Source: Felis catus (lineage: Eukaryota). From it: DNA of 64,000 nucleotides. Each line of letters begins with the position of its first letter. Position 1 is the stretch's first letter. Shown here in pieces: positions 11,951 through 25,530 of the stretch. A model generated the notes under the pieces. That model saw nothing but the letters and a program-made list of their open reading frames with translations, was not told where the DNA came from and made no database searches. Where the stretch lies: NCBI RefSeq assembly GCF_018350175.1, contig NC_058368.1, positions 86,926,001 to 86,990,000 on the forward strand, given 5' to 3'. The position numbers were made by a program, and so were the translations under genes.

Positions 11951-14269
11951 AATATCATAACTGTAATGCACTTATTTTCTTTTCAAATATATAAGTAATT
12001 AAATAACCATTGATTAAGCCCATAGATAACATTAAATAAAACTTACAAGATTATGCATTTATTTTATTTAATATGAAATTTATTGTCCAGTTGGTTTCCA
12101 TACAACACCCAGGGCTCATCCCAACAGGTGCCCTCCTCAACACCCATTACCCACATTCCCCTCCCTCCCACATCCCATAAACCTTCAGTTTATTCTGTTT
12201 TTAAGAGTTTCTTATGATTTGGCTCCCTCCCTTTTTTTCCTTCCCCTCACCCATGGTCTTCCGCCAAGTCTATCAGGACCCACATAAGAGTGAAAACATA
12301 TGGTAACTGTCTTTCTCTGTATGACTTATTTCACTTAGCGTAACACTCTCCAGTTCCATCCACATTGCTACATAAGGCCATATTTCATTCTTTCTCTTTG
12401 CCAAGTAGTATTCCATTGTATATATAAACCACAATTTCTTTATCCACTCATCAGTTGATGGACATTTAGGCTCTTTCCATAATATGACTATTGTTGAGAG
12501 TGCTGCTATAAACATTGGGGGACAAGTGCCCCTATGTATCAGCACTCCTGTATCCCTTGGGTAAATTCCTAACAGTGCTATTGCTGGGTCATAGGGTAGA
12601 TCTATTTTTAATTTTTTGAGGAAACTACACACTGTTTTTCAGAGCAGCTGCACCAATTTGCATTCCCACCAACAGTGCAAGAGGGTTCCCGTTTCTCCAC
12701 ATCCTTTCCAGCATCTATAGTCTCCTGATTTGTTCATTTTAGTCACTCTGACAGGCATGAGGTGGTATCTCAGCATGGTTTTGATTTGTATTTCCCTGAT
12801 GAGGACTGACTTTGAGCATCTTTTCATGTGCCTGTTGGCCATCTGGATGTCTTCTTTAGAGAAGTGTCTATTCATGCTTCTGCCCATTTCTTCACTGGAA
12901 AAGTTGTTTTTTGGGTGTGGAGTTTGGTGAGTTCTTTATAGATTTTGGATACTAGCCCTTTGTCCTATATGCCATTTGCAAATATCTTTTCCCATTCCGT
13001 TGGTTGTCTTTTAGTTTTGTTAATTGTTTCCTTTGCAGTGCAGAAGCTTTTTCTCTTGATGAGGTCCCAATTGTTCATTTTTACTTTTAATTCCCTTGGC
13101 TTTGGAGATATGTCAAGTAAGAAATTGCTGCAACTGAGGTCAGAGAGGTCTTTTCCTGCTTTCTCCTCTAGGGTTTTGATGGTTTCCTGTCTCACATTCA
13201 AGTCTTTCATCCATTGTGATTTTTTGTGTGTGTGAATGGTGTATTAAAATGGTATAGTTTCATCCTTCTGCATGTTCCTGTCCAGTTCTCCCAGCGCCAT
13301 TTGTTAAAGAGACTGTCTTTTTTCCATTGGATATTCTTTCCTGCTTTGTCAAAGATGAGTTAGCCATTCTTTTGTGGGTCCAATTCTGGAGTATCTATTC
13401 TATTCCATTGGTCTATGTGTCTGTTTTTGTGCCAAAACCATACTGTCTTGATGACAGCTTGTAGTAGAGGCTAAAGTCTGGGATTGTGATGCCTCCTGCT
13501 TTGGTCTTCTTCTTCAATACTTTTTGGGTATTTGAGGTCTTTTGTGGTGCCATACAAATTTTAGGATTGCTTGGTCTAGCTTCGAGAAGAAAGCTGGTGC
13601 AATTTTGATTGGGATTGCATTGAATGTGTAGATTGCTTTGGGTAGTACTGAAATTTTAACAATATTTATTCTTCCAATGTATGAGCACGGAATGTTTTTC
13701 CATTTCTTTATATCTTCTTCAATTTTCTTCATATGCTTTCTATAGTTTTCAACATACAGATCTTTTACATCTTTGGTTAGGTTTATTCCTAGGTATTTTA
13801 TGATTCTTGGTGCAATTGTGAATGGGATCAGTTTTCATTTGTGTTTCTGTTGTTTCATTATTAGTGTATAAGGAAGCAACTGATTTATGTACATTAATTA
13901 TGTATCCTGTGACTTTGCTGAATTCATGTATCAGTTCTAGCAGACTTTGGTGGAGTCTGTTGGGTTTTCCATGTATAATATCATGTCATCTTAAAAAAGT
14001 GAAAACTTGACTTCATCTTTGCCAATTTTGATGCCATATATTTCCTTTTCTTGTCAGGTTGCTGATGCCAGAATTTACAACATTATGTTAAACTACAATG
14101 GTGAGAGTCGACATCCCTGTCGTGTTCCTGAACTCAGGGGGATAGGTCTGTTTTTCCCCATTGAGGATGATATTAGCTGTGGGCTTTTAATAAATGGCTT
14201 TTATGATGTTTAAATATGTTCCTTCTATCCAGACTTTCTCCAGAGTTTTTTTTAAGAAAGGGTGCTGAA

Positions 14270-14495
14270 GGGGCGCCTGGGTGGTGCAGTCGGTTAAGCG
14301 TCCGACTTCAGCCAGGTCACGATCTCGCGGTCCGTGAGTTCGAGCCCTGCATCAGGCTCTGGGCTGATGGCTCGGAGCCTGGAGCCTGTTTCCGATTCTG
14401 TGTCTCCCTCTCTCTCTGCCCCTCCCCCGTTCATGCTCTGTCTCTCTCTGTCCCAAAAATAAATAAAAACATTGAAAAAAAATTTAAAAAAAAAA
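14270..14495 (+). mobile_element. Can-SINE (felid type) nested in L1 ORF2
   Basis: CpG-rich head ggggcgcctgggtggtgcagtcgg; TSD aagaaag(g)gtgctgaa. Confidence 0.95.
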
Positions 14496-14698
14496 AAGAA
14501 AGGTGCTGAATTTTGTCAAATGCCTTTTCTGCATCCATTGACAGGATCACATGGTTCTTTTCTTTTATTTATGTGATGTATCACATTGATTGATTTGTGA
14601 ATGTTGAACCAGTCCTGCAGCTAAGGAATGAATCCCACTTGATCATGGTGAATAATTCCTTATATATGCTGTTGAATTTCATTTGCTAGTATCTTATT

Positions 14699-15014
14699 TT
14701 TTTTAATATGAAATTTATTATCAAATTGGTTTCCATACAACACCCAGTGCTCATCCCAAAAGATGCCCTCTTCAATACCTATCACCCACCCTCCCCTCCC
14801 TCTCACCCTCCATTAGCCCGCAGTTAGCTCTCATTTATTAAGGGTCTCTTATGCTTTGACTCTCTCCCACTCTAACCTCTGTTTTTTTCCTTCCCCTCCC
14901 CCATGGTTTCCTTTTAAGTTTCTCAGGATCCACATAAGAGTGAACACATATGGTATCTGTTTTTCTCTCTATGGCTTGTTTCACTTAGCATAACACTCTC
15001 CAGTTCCATCCACG
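14699..15014 (-). mobile_element. 5'-truncated L1 nested in L1 ORF2
   Basis: 3' UTR plus ORF2 end; TSD ttgctagtat[c/g]ttatt at 14683-14698 and 15015-15030. Confidence 0.92.
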
Positions 15015-18000
15015 TTGCTAGTATGTTATTGAGAATTCTTGCATCCATATTCATTGGGGATATTGGCCTGTAGTTCTCTTTTTTTGCTGGGTCTCTGTCT
15101 GGTTTAGGAATCAAAGTAATGCTGGCATCATAGAATGAGTCTGGAAGTTTTCCTTCCCTTTCTATTTTTTGGAACAGCTTGAGAAGCATAGCTATTATCT
15201 CTGCTTTCAATGTCTGCTAGAATTCCCCAGGGAAGCCATCTGGTCCTGGATTCTTATTTGCTGGGAGATTTTTGATTACTGATTCAACTTCATCTCTGGT
15301 TATGGGTCTGTTCAAGTTTTCTATTTCTTCCCGTTTGAGTTTCGGAAGTGTATGGTGCTTAAGAACTTGTCCCATTTCTTCCAGGTAGTCCAGTTTGTTG
15401 GCATATAATTTTATAGTATTGCCTGATAATTGTTTGTATTTCTGAGGTGTTGGTTCTAATAATTCCATTTTCATTCACGATTTTATCCATTTGGGTCCTC
15501 TCCCTTTTCTTTTTGAGAACCCTAGCTAGAGGTTTATCCATTTTGTTTATTTTTTCAAAAAAAAAAAAAACCAACTCTTGGTTTCATTGATCTGCTCTAC
15601 AGTTTTTTAGATTCTATATTGTTTATTTATGCTCTGATCTTTATTATATCTCTTCTGCTGGGTTTGGGGTGTCTTTGCTGTCTGCTTCTATTTCCTTTAG
15701 GTGTGCTGTTAAATTTTGTATTTGGGATTTTTCTTGTTTCTTGAGATAGGCCTGGATTGCAATGTATTTTCCTCTCAGGACTGCCTTCTCTGCATCCGAA
15801 AGCATTTGGACTGTTGTATTTTCATTTTCATTTGTTTCCATATATTTTTAGTTTCTTCTCTAATTGCCTGGTTGACCCATTCATTCTTTAGTGGGATATT
15901 CTTTAACCTCCATGCTTTTGGAGGTTTTCCAGACTTTTTCTTGTGTTTGATTTCAAGTTTCATAGCATTGTGGTCTGAAAGTGTGTATGGTATGATCTCA
16001 ATTCTTGTATACTTATGAAGGGCTGTTTTGTGACCCAGTATGTGATATATCTTGCAGAATGTTTCATGTGCACTGGAGAAGAAAGTACATTCTGTTGCTT
16101 TGGGATGCAGAGTTCTAAGTATATCTGTCAAGTCCATCTGATCCAGTGTATCATTCAGGGCCCTTGTTTCTTTATTGATCCTGTGTCTAGATTATCTATC
16201 CATTGTTGTAAGTGGAGTATTAAAGTCCCCTGCAGTTACCACATTCTTATCAATAAGGTTGGTTTGTTTGTGATTGTTTTATGTTTGGGGGCTCTGGTAT
16301 TCAGTGCATAGACATTTATAATTGTTCACTCTTCCTGATGGATAGAGCCTGTAATTATTCTATAATGCCCTTCTTCATCTCTTGTTACAGCCTTTAATTT
16401 AAAGTCTAGTTTGTCTGCTGTAAGTATGGCTACTCCAGCTTTCTTTTGACTTCCAGTAGCATGATAGATAGTTCTCCATCCCCTCTCAATCTGAAGGTGT
16501 CCTCAGGTCTAACATGAGTCTCTTGTAGAAAGCAAATAGATGGGTCTTCTGTTGTTTTTTTTTTAATCCATTCTGATACCCTATGTCTTTTGGTTGGAGA
16601 ATTTAGCCCATTTACATTCAGTGTTATTATTGAAAGATACGGGTTTAGAGTCATTGTGATGTCTGTAAGTGTCATGCTTGTAGTGATGTCTCTGGTACTT
16701 TGTGGTCCTTGCAACATTTCACTCACAGAGTCCCCCTTAGAATCCCTTGTAGGGCGTGTTTAGTGGTGATGAATTCCTTCAGTTTTTGTTTGTTTGGGAA
16801 AACCTTTATCTCTCCTTGTAGTCTGAATGACAGACCTGCTGGATAAAGTTTTCTCAGCTGCATATTTTTTCTGTTCATCACATTGAAGATTTCCTGACAT
16901 TCCTTTGTGGCCTGCCAAGTTTCAGTAGATAGGTCTGCTACTACCCTTAGGTGTCTACCTATGTAAGTTAGAGGCTGTTTATCCCTAGCTGCTTTCAAAA
17001 TTTTCTCTTTATCCTTGTATTTTGCCAGTTTCACTATGATGTGTCGTGCAGAAGGCTGATTCACATTATATCTGAAGCAAGCTCTCTGTGCCTCTTGGAT
17101 TTATGTGCCTGTTTCCTTGTCCAGGTCAGGAAAGTTCTCAGGTATGATTTGTTCAAGTATACTTTCAGTCCCTTTCTCTCTCTCTTCTTCTGTAATTCCT
17201 ATGATATGGATATTGTTCTGTTTGATTGCATCACTTAGTTGTCTATTTCTCCCCTCATACTCCTGAATTTTTTTATCTCTCTTTTTCTCAGCTTCCTTCT
17301 TTTCCATAATTTTATCTTCTAATTCACCTATTCTTTCCTCTGCCTCTTCATTCCGTGATATGGCCGCCTCCATTTTTATATTGCACCTCATATAGCAATT
17401 TTTTAGTTCGTCGTGACTAATTTTTAGTCCCATGTTCTCTGTAGCAATAGATTCTTTGCTGTCCTCTATGCTTTTTTCAAGCCCCGCCATTAATTTTATG
17501 ACTATTATTCTAAATTCTTGTTCTCTTATATTGCTTAAATCATTTTTGATCAATTCGTTAGCTGTCACTATTTCCTGGGTGTTTTTTGAGAGTTCTTCCA
17601 TTTTGTCATTTTTGGTAGTCCCTGGGGTGGCACAGAATTGCAGGGCACTTCCCCCGTGCTGTCAGGAGTAACTTGTGATGGTGGGTAGGCCATAGTGAGA
17701 CCCTATGTCTGCCCCCAGTCCACCACTTGGGCCATAGTCAGACTCCTGTGTACCTTATCATCCCTCTCCCAGGGCAGGACTCACTGTGGAGTGGTGTGGC
17801 CCCTATCCAGGCTCCTTGCACAATGCCAGGCTTGTGGTGCTGCTTTGATGGGATCTGGTTTATTAGCTGGGGTCGATCTGTTATGTACACAGGGGTGGGA
17901 GGGGTAGGTGTAGCTCACTTTGTTGTTGGTGGGCCCCTGCAGGAGATGCCCTTCAGCACCAGGAGGGAGGCAGGCCTGTTGGAGGGATGGATCCACAGAA

Positions 18001-18587
18001 GCACAGTGCTGGGTGTTTGCGAGGTGCAAGCAAGTTTGGTGACAGGAACTACTTCCCTTTGGAATTTTGGCTGGGGATGGGAGAGAGATATGGAGCTTTC
18101 CAGTGCCTTTGTTCCCCTGCCAAGCTGAGCTCTGTCTTCCAGAGCTCAGCAACTCTCCCTCCCAGTGTCCTCTCGCCCTCCATGCTCTCCAGAGCAGAGC
18201 TGTTGACTTTGAACATTCCAGATGTTAAATCCTGCTGGCTGTTAGAACTCACGGAGTCCGGTCCCTCCGCTTTTGGAAGCCAGACTTTGGGGATTCCGCC
18301 TTGCCCTGTGGACTGCCCCTCCTCCCCCCTCGCTCCCTCCCACCAGTCCATGTAGCAGGCACCACCTCTCTGCCCTTCCTACCCTCTTCCATGGGCCTCT
18401 TGTCTATGCTTGGCTCCAGAGAGTCCATTCTGCCAGTCTTCTGGCAGTTTTCTGGGTTATTTAGGCAGATCTGGGTGGAATCTATAAGATTAGCAGGATG
18501 AGGTAAGCCCAGTGTCTTCCTACACCACCATGTTCCCCAACAACAGTCTCAGAATTATGCATTTAGAAATTGAGGACCAACCTTCTT

Positions 18588-18942
18588 GGATGCGAGGGTG
18601 ATCTGGCTGTGACATCTCTCACCCCAATGATCACCAGGGTTGATTCAGCTGATCTGGCTGCCCAGGTGGGTGTTCCCTTTCTCCCTTACCCCCTGTATGT
18701 GTCCCTCCTGAAGCTGCATGCTGAGTAGAAGAGGATGACCTTTCCCCATAGAAGGGGACCGTTCTTCAGTTGAGGGTATAGGAGTAACTGCTCTCCCCTG
18801 CTAGAAGCTCTAAACAAGCTCTCAGTGTCCATTTGTAGGAGAACACAAGGTAGTAAAGATTCCAAGACTCCAGACACCTCCAAATGAGGCACTGCACATG
18901 AAAGTCTGCTTTTCTTAAAAAAAAAAAAAAGGAAAGAAAGAA
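18588..18942 (+). pseudogene. RN7SK: Processed 7SK snRNA pseudogene, full length with poly-A
   Basis: ggatgcgagggtgatctggctgtgacatc...gtccatttgtaggagaac...ccaagactccagacacctccaaatgagg...gtctgcttttctt matches 7SK end to end (18588-18916). A-tail; 22-bp TSD with 2 mismatches at 18565-18586 and 18943-18964. Confidence 0.97.
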
Positions 18943-19379
18943 AGAAATTAAGGGCCAACCTTCTAAACTGATCTAGGTTTAGGAGGATTTAAAGAGAGAT
19001 TTCAAGATATGTAGAAACAAATATAAAAGAGGGAGCTATTTCTCGAAATTGTAGGGTATAACCAAATGCATATGCATATTTTCAGAAAGGGCATTAGTCA
19101 GGGCCTGTACTTTTTGGTCGCATGAATACATTTACAGGAAAAGTAGGCAATCTATCTAGGGAAGCACGAGGCATCTGAGGGAAACAAGCTAAAAGTACAA
19201 CAAAACAAACAAAAGTGTCATGTCAAATGAAAAGTGATTAGTTTCTTATGCACTAAAATTAAAAATAAATACTATAAACAGAATCTAGAAGTGAAGGATG
19301 AGGGTTTTGTAAGTAACACGAAAAAGAAAAAAAATATAAGGTCAACTGTGTGAAAAGAATACATACAAAATAATTGTTA

Positions 19380-19596
19380 GGGGCACCTGGGTGGTTCAGT
19401 CAGTTAAGCTCTGACTCCTCATCTCACCTCAGGTCATGATTTCAAGATTGGTGAGTTCAAGCCCCACATCAGGCTCTGCGCTGACAGTGTGGCACCTGCT
19501 TGGGATTCTTTCTCTCCCTCTCTCTCTCCCTCTCCCCTGTCATACCTACATACATACATTCATGCATACACACATACATAAATACACTTAAAAAAA
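19380..19596 (+). mobile_element. Can-SINE (older)
   Basis: ggggcacctgggtggttcagtcagttaag head, CT-rich body and A-rich tail. Confidence 0.9.
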
Positions 19597-20106
19597 TTTC
19601 TTCTGGATGGAAACTCCAGGTGAATATCTGGGCAGATCTGAAACATGAAATGCTGCAGAGTGTGTGGATCTGAACTCAAGACTTGTTGGCTCTGTCACTA
19701 GAGGTAGGAGGTAGCAGCCTCCTAGGGATAAGGGTGAGTAAAGAAATTATGCAAGAGATAGGGGACTGAAGCAAACCTTTGATGTAAAGCAAAAGGATAT
19801 CATTGACTTCTGGTTTATTTAAAGGGAACTAATGCAAATGAGTCCAACTGCCATCTCTCATTAAGCTTTATGGGAAGTTTTGAGGTCAGGAACTTGATGA
19901 GAAGGGCTAAATATTACTGCTAAGAACTGGGCTAAACTATCTCTTGGCTCTGAATCTGTCATATTCATAATATCCAAAAAAGGAATAAGATTCAAGTTAT
20001 GAATAACAGGAATAAGTTTTCAACTTAAATTCCAGATAACTGCTGGGAGAAAGTTATAAAGTTGCTAGACAGAAATGGTAAGCACAGATGATGAGAGTCA
20101 GAACAT

Positions 20107-20107
20107 T

Positions 20108-20151
<44 letters not shown>

Positions 20152-20170
20152 CAGAGAGAGAGAAAGAGAG
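20107..20170. repeat. (TG)n(AG)n microsatellite
   Basis: Visible. Confidence 0.9.
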
Positions 20171-20860
20171 ATTTCCATATGGTTAAGTATAATGTAAAAA
20201 AAAAAAAGTCCCAAACTACCATAGTAGTAGCATCATGTTACAAATAGAATTTATATTGTGGATAAGAACAGTCTTGCAACACACATATATAAACACACAC
20301 ATACAGTGAAATAGAAGCATAACTTTTACTTTAACAGAGCAAGGATTTGAGGCAAATCAGGAAGGATAAAGCAGAGATAAAATAAATAAATCCAGAAGTC
20401 TTAGAAATATAAAATATATTAACTGAAAGAAAATAAATGAAATATATTCCGAATTCAACATAGTTAAAGAACAGTTTATTAAATTAGAAGACAACGAGAC
20501 ATGTGACCAGTATGTAACAAAGAAAAGAAAGCAAGGACTATGAAAATCTGTTACAATAATGGGAGAAGGAGAGTTTATGAAGAATGGGTGATTTAAAAAT
20601 ATATGGATTTTGCAAACTTAAATAAGATACCCAAAGATTAGACACCATAGAGTATGTTGGAATATTTTATAATTTTCCAAATTATAATTAATTAAATATT
20701 TGAAGTATTATTAACATGCTATATTATGATATTGCAATGATATTCATATTATTGTTATCTTAAACATTCATGGGATTGAAATACCCTCTTTTAAATATGC
20801 ATAAGGGAAAAAACGAGGATGGGAAGATGGTGGAAGACCTAAGACATATTTCTAAGGACA

Positions 20861-21066
20861 GGATGCCTTGGGTGTCTCAGTCGGATAAGCGTCTGACTTC
20901 AGCTCAGGTCATGATCTCACGATTCATGACTAAGAGCCCTGCATTGGGCTCTGGTGTCAGCCCAGAACCCACTTCTGATCTTCGGTCACCCTCTCTCTCT
21001 CTGTCCCTCCCCTGCTTATGCTCTCTCTCTCTCTCTCAAAAATAAATATGCATTAAAAAAAAAAAA
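20861..21066 (+). mobile_element. Can-SINE
   Basis: ggatgccttgggtgtctcagtcgg...cttcagctcaggtcatgatctc...(CT)n and A-tail. Confidence 0.9.
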
Positions 21067-23814
21067 CTTTAAGGAGTAGGGAAGGTGGAATACCAAGTAG
21101 AAAGTAATAAAAAAATAATTTTGAGCTACAACATAGATATCAAAGTAGCAAGAAAGAGAAAAAACTGATGGAGTGTGTCTTATCCTGGAAGTTTTCCAAG
21201 ATACTATTTTTTCTTTTAATAAGGGCTGAAATTTAATTACTTTGGAATAAGTGACTTCAGACTATTGTATGATTTTTGTATTTTTCACTGGCTTGACTGA
21301 ATGTTTTATGAAATTTATACAATTATTAGCTGTTTTGAATATTATATCCTCAGTTCTTGGGCCTTATGAATAAGTGAAATTGGTGTGTAAACTTTGAACT
21401 ATTGGATAGCTTCTTTAAAGTAAGAGAATTGAATAGCGTATGTTTCCACACCTCATAAAATATGCAATTACATTTTTAGTTCAGCGAGAGTTTTACCAGA
21501 AATGCTATAACATAGTGAAAATATTAAAATAAGGTAAATTCTGAATCTGGAGTGTGTCTTCAAAGTACTGAAATATGTGGTGTTATCAGGGAAAACAGTC
21601 CATCCTTGAAATGACCAATTTATCTAGCTGTCACTCACTTTATGCAGAAAAGCCTCATGAAACATGCACATACGTGTTAAATGAACCCACAGCCACCAAG
21701 GAGAGCTCATTTTCCATTCCTACTACCTCAGATTAATGAGTACACTATTGTCCTCCCATTCCCAGTACACTTGTAATCATAGACACAGTATGTATCATGA
21801 TAAGCAAATGATGTGTGCATCATGTTTGAGAAGTGCATCTGATCCCAGGAGAAACCTAAAACTTTTTCTCAAAGTTTCTCCTTGTTTTCACTGTGACCAA
21901 TTGTACCTTAAGTGAACATGGATCTTCATTACCGTCAGAATACCAGGGGGTGCTGATTTAGAAACCCAAGGGATATTTTAACAAGCTTTTCTTCTGGGAT
22001 ACAAACTACACATGCAGTGCTTATAATTTTCTCTGTTCAATTATAACTTTTTAATTGTTGTAAGGTAGCTCTCTAACAAGTCCCTTGGCACAGCCAGACC
22101 AGGGTTTTAACTGGCAAGGCTCCCAGCTCTAGGAAGTTGCTAAATAAAGAAAACAAAGTTGCTTTCAAGCCTTTTCTCCCCATGTTCTGTGAGGGACATT
22201 TCAAATCTTTACTCAGTCCCTATGATTTTAACTTGCCTCTATTTTAATAGTCTCATTGGGAGGCCAGGTTATTATGAAGTTAGAGAAACGAATCCACCTC
22301 AAGGGAGCATTGGTGAACATTTCTTCCATTGGAACAAAGCCACCACACTTTGAACTCAAACTATTTGCAATACAAACACTTTTCTTTTCCTCAAACAGTT
22401 CTTTGTTTTTATTGTTGTCATTGTTCTTATTCATATACATTCTAACCCAACTTTGGAAAACAGACAGAAAATATATATTCTGAGCCCTCCTTATTAGACA
22501 AGCTTCAGGAGGAAAGATACTAACACTTATCAACCCAACCATCACTAAAAAAACAACTTTGATGTGATAATCTACTTATATTCCACTCCCCTTTTACTTC
22601 CTCTTTCTCTCGGTCTCTCAAAACACAGATTAAAGTACTTAAATAATTGATTACTTGCCATATCATAAATACAACTAGGCTTCAACAACTGACCCATCAG
22701 TGCACATAAGGAGTTATATAGGTAACTTTGTAACAGTTACCACAGAAATTGTTTTCTTGTGGATATTGAAAAATTCTCATGTAAATGTTGTAAGTTTCTA
22801 TTCTTCATAATAGCTACTATTTTCATTTTGTCCTTTACATGTTTGTTTGGAGGGGAAAATAAAAACTTACATGTACTTAGCAATCTTAATTTTTTGAAAT
22901 TTAAAAATGAAATCAAATAAAACTATTCTTTATTTGGGTAGCTTCAGTATAGCTTTATATTTTTAACTGAAATTATATGTTACATTTCTTCCTTTATTTC
23001 AGGTACATAAGAAGCAGGCACAGTTCTGATATTTAATTCCCACAGAATATTCCATTTATTTGTCATTTAATAAATGTGATTTTGCCACCCCAACCATGCT
23101 ACTTGCTTATCTCCATCTGGTCTAAGACATTCCATAAAGTAGATCTTACATAAGATTTTAGTTCACCAGAGGTACAGATCACATATTTTAAAACAGCCAT
23201 TATGAAGGGAGACACAAAGGCAATAGGGGCCTTTGTCACCTCACATAATTTGAAATTATTTGGGTTTAGATATGCGGGAAGAAGGCTTATATTATTTTAT
23301 ACTTATTTACACATGCACATAGAACACAATTTATATATAACTCTGTATATACATTTTTATTATATATTAATATATTATAATTTATATACTGTTTATAAAC
23401 TTATATTCATATTATGGTCACTCGAAAAAGGATGGGATTTGATGATAAATGTGTGTACATTGCTATAAGCCTAATCCTATGGAAAATTAATCAAACTGGA
23501 ACCCCAGAAGTTTCATGTGAGCCCCAAGTGAGTGCATGTGAGAATAGAAATGGAGAAGAATCAGTGGAAACTGATGAAAGGAAGTACATTAATGAATTCT
23601 GGATTATTTAATAAGTCATGTGACATCAGGTAGCTACATAGCCATAATACTCAATGTTCTCAAGTGGAATTGCCTTCACTCCCAAATGAGTGAAGGGATT
23701 ATATCTGTGTATGAACTCAGAAAAAGATAATGTTCATAAAAATACATTCTCAAGCATTTTAGTGAAGATGCAGTAGGCTAAACATAAAAAAAGTCCCAAA
23801 TAAAAAAGATACAT

Positions 23815-23965
23815 TTTTTCTTCCCTTCACCTATGTTTATCTGTTTTGTGAAATCATGTGGTATTTGTCTTCTTCTGACTGATTTATTTCACTTAGTATA
23901 ATACAATCTAGTTCCATCCACATCACTGCAAATGGCAGGATTCTGTTCATTTTGATGGCTAAGTG

Positions 23966-23996
<31 letters not shown>

Positions 23997-24039
23997 GTGT
24001 ATATATGTGTATATATGTATACATATATGTGTATATATA

Positions 24040-24080
<41 letters not shown>

Positions 24081-24261
24081 TTTATCCATTCATCACTCAA
24101 CGGACAGCTGGACTCTTTCAATATTTTAGCATTGAGGAGGACACTTGTTGCAATGAGCACTGAGTGTTACATACAACTGATGAATCACTAAATTCTATCC
24201 CTGAAACTAATAATACACTATATGTCAACTAACTTGAATTTAAATAAAATGTAAAAAAAAA
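23815..24261. mobile_element. 5'-inverted short L1 containing a (TA)n/(TG)n array at 23964-24077
   Basis: Antisense L1 3' piece (23815-24129) joined to a sense 3' end with A-tail (24130-24261). Confidence 0.8.
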
Positions 24262-25329
24262 ATACTATTTAGATGTCACTATTCAAAAGTATAGTATCAC
24301 CAATAGGAATATATTCAGGTAGGACTTTTTAATAAGGAGAAAATTAATGTCTCTAATTTATTAGCAAAGGACAAACTGGAAGAACTGAATATGATTAATA
24401 TGGTTTGCTCACTTTTTACTTTCAAAATGATGTAATCAGTGTATAAACGTTGTTAAAAATAAAGCTATACAAAATCAATTGATATTGCCTTAGTAGTCCT
24501 CAGGACACCATGAGATTCTATCTAGAAGTATCTGAAAAGGAACCCCACTTTATACATACATTCATTTTAAATGGCTGCTTTATTAATTAAGTTGGAAATG
24601 GCACAGAGTTCAAATTTTAATAAAAAAATGACCATATGTAGAAAGGTGTTCTACTCCAAATATTTGATAAATAATATCACTGTTTTTATTTTAGTCTTTT
24701 ATGATATCAATTTCTACATTTAAATATTTTATTTAATGTAAATTATGGAATGATGAGTGAAATACAGGTTCTGGTGTGTTCTTCCTCAGATATTATAAGT
24801 GTCATGGACAATGTGTTTCTTCTTACTTACAATGCCAATCATTTCATGAGAACTTCACTTGGGATCCCAAGGTAATTTGAAGTTCAATAGGAAAAGGAAA
24901 GTGGAAGCACATATAGGATTTAAAAAGCAAACTTTTCTTATATTTTTCCAGGTTATTTGAGATATAAGGATATATGACATTGTGTAAGTTTAAAGTATAT
25001 AGTATAATGATTTTATACATGCATATACTGCTAAATGAACATATATTCTTTATTGAGAAAGTATGTTTCATTTGAAATATTAATAAAACTCTCATGAGTT
25101 AAAGTTTGGCTATCTGTATCATTTTCCTGATTTTAAATTTTGATACTATTACCATTCTTTTAAAGTTAGTATGACTTTATTATATTATAATAAAGGGAAC
25201 AATCCAAAATGAAGATCTAACAATTGTAAATATTTGTGTGCCCAAATTGGAAATAGCCAAATATATAAAACAATTAAAAACAAACATAAGGGAACTAATT
25301 GATAATAATACAAAAATAGTAGAGGATTA

Positions 25330-25530
25330 GGGCACCTGGGTGGCTCAGTCAGTTAAGTGTCTGACTTCAGCTCGGATCATGATCTTGCAGTTCCTGAGTT
25401 CGAGCCCTGTGTCAGGATCTGTGCTGACAGTGCAGAGCCCGGAGCCCTCCTGGAGTTCTGTGTCTCCCTCTCTCTGTCCCTCCTCTGCCCCTGCTCTCTT
25501 TCTCTCTCTCAAAAATAAATTAATGTTTAA
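25330..25530 (+). mobile_element. Can-SINE nested in L1
   Basis: TSD aaaaatagtagaggatt at 25312-25328 and 25531-25547. Confidence 0.93.

Larger units (their letters stand above)
12062..18553 (-). mobile_element. Full-length L1, disabled (ORF1 about 17609-16723, ORF2 about 16654-12273)
   Basis: Poly-T, 3' UTR, ORF2, ORF1 and 5' UTR. 12-bp TSD attatgcattta at 12050-12061 and 18554-18565. Confidence 0.96.

Noticed and set aside
18588..18916. Functional 7SK gene
   Set aside because: Poly-A, TSD and CpG decay are present, and the upstream sequence is L1 rather than a PSE/TATA Pol III promoter.
22985..23030. Strong acceptor ttcttcctttatttcAG as an exon start
   Set aside because: The frame closes within about 8 codons (VHKKQAQF*) and there is no other support.
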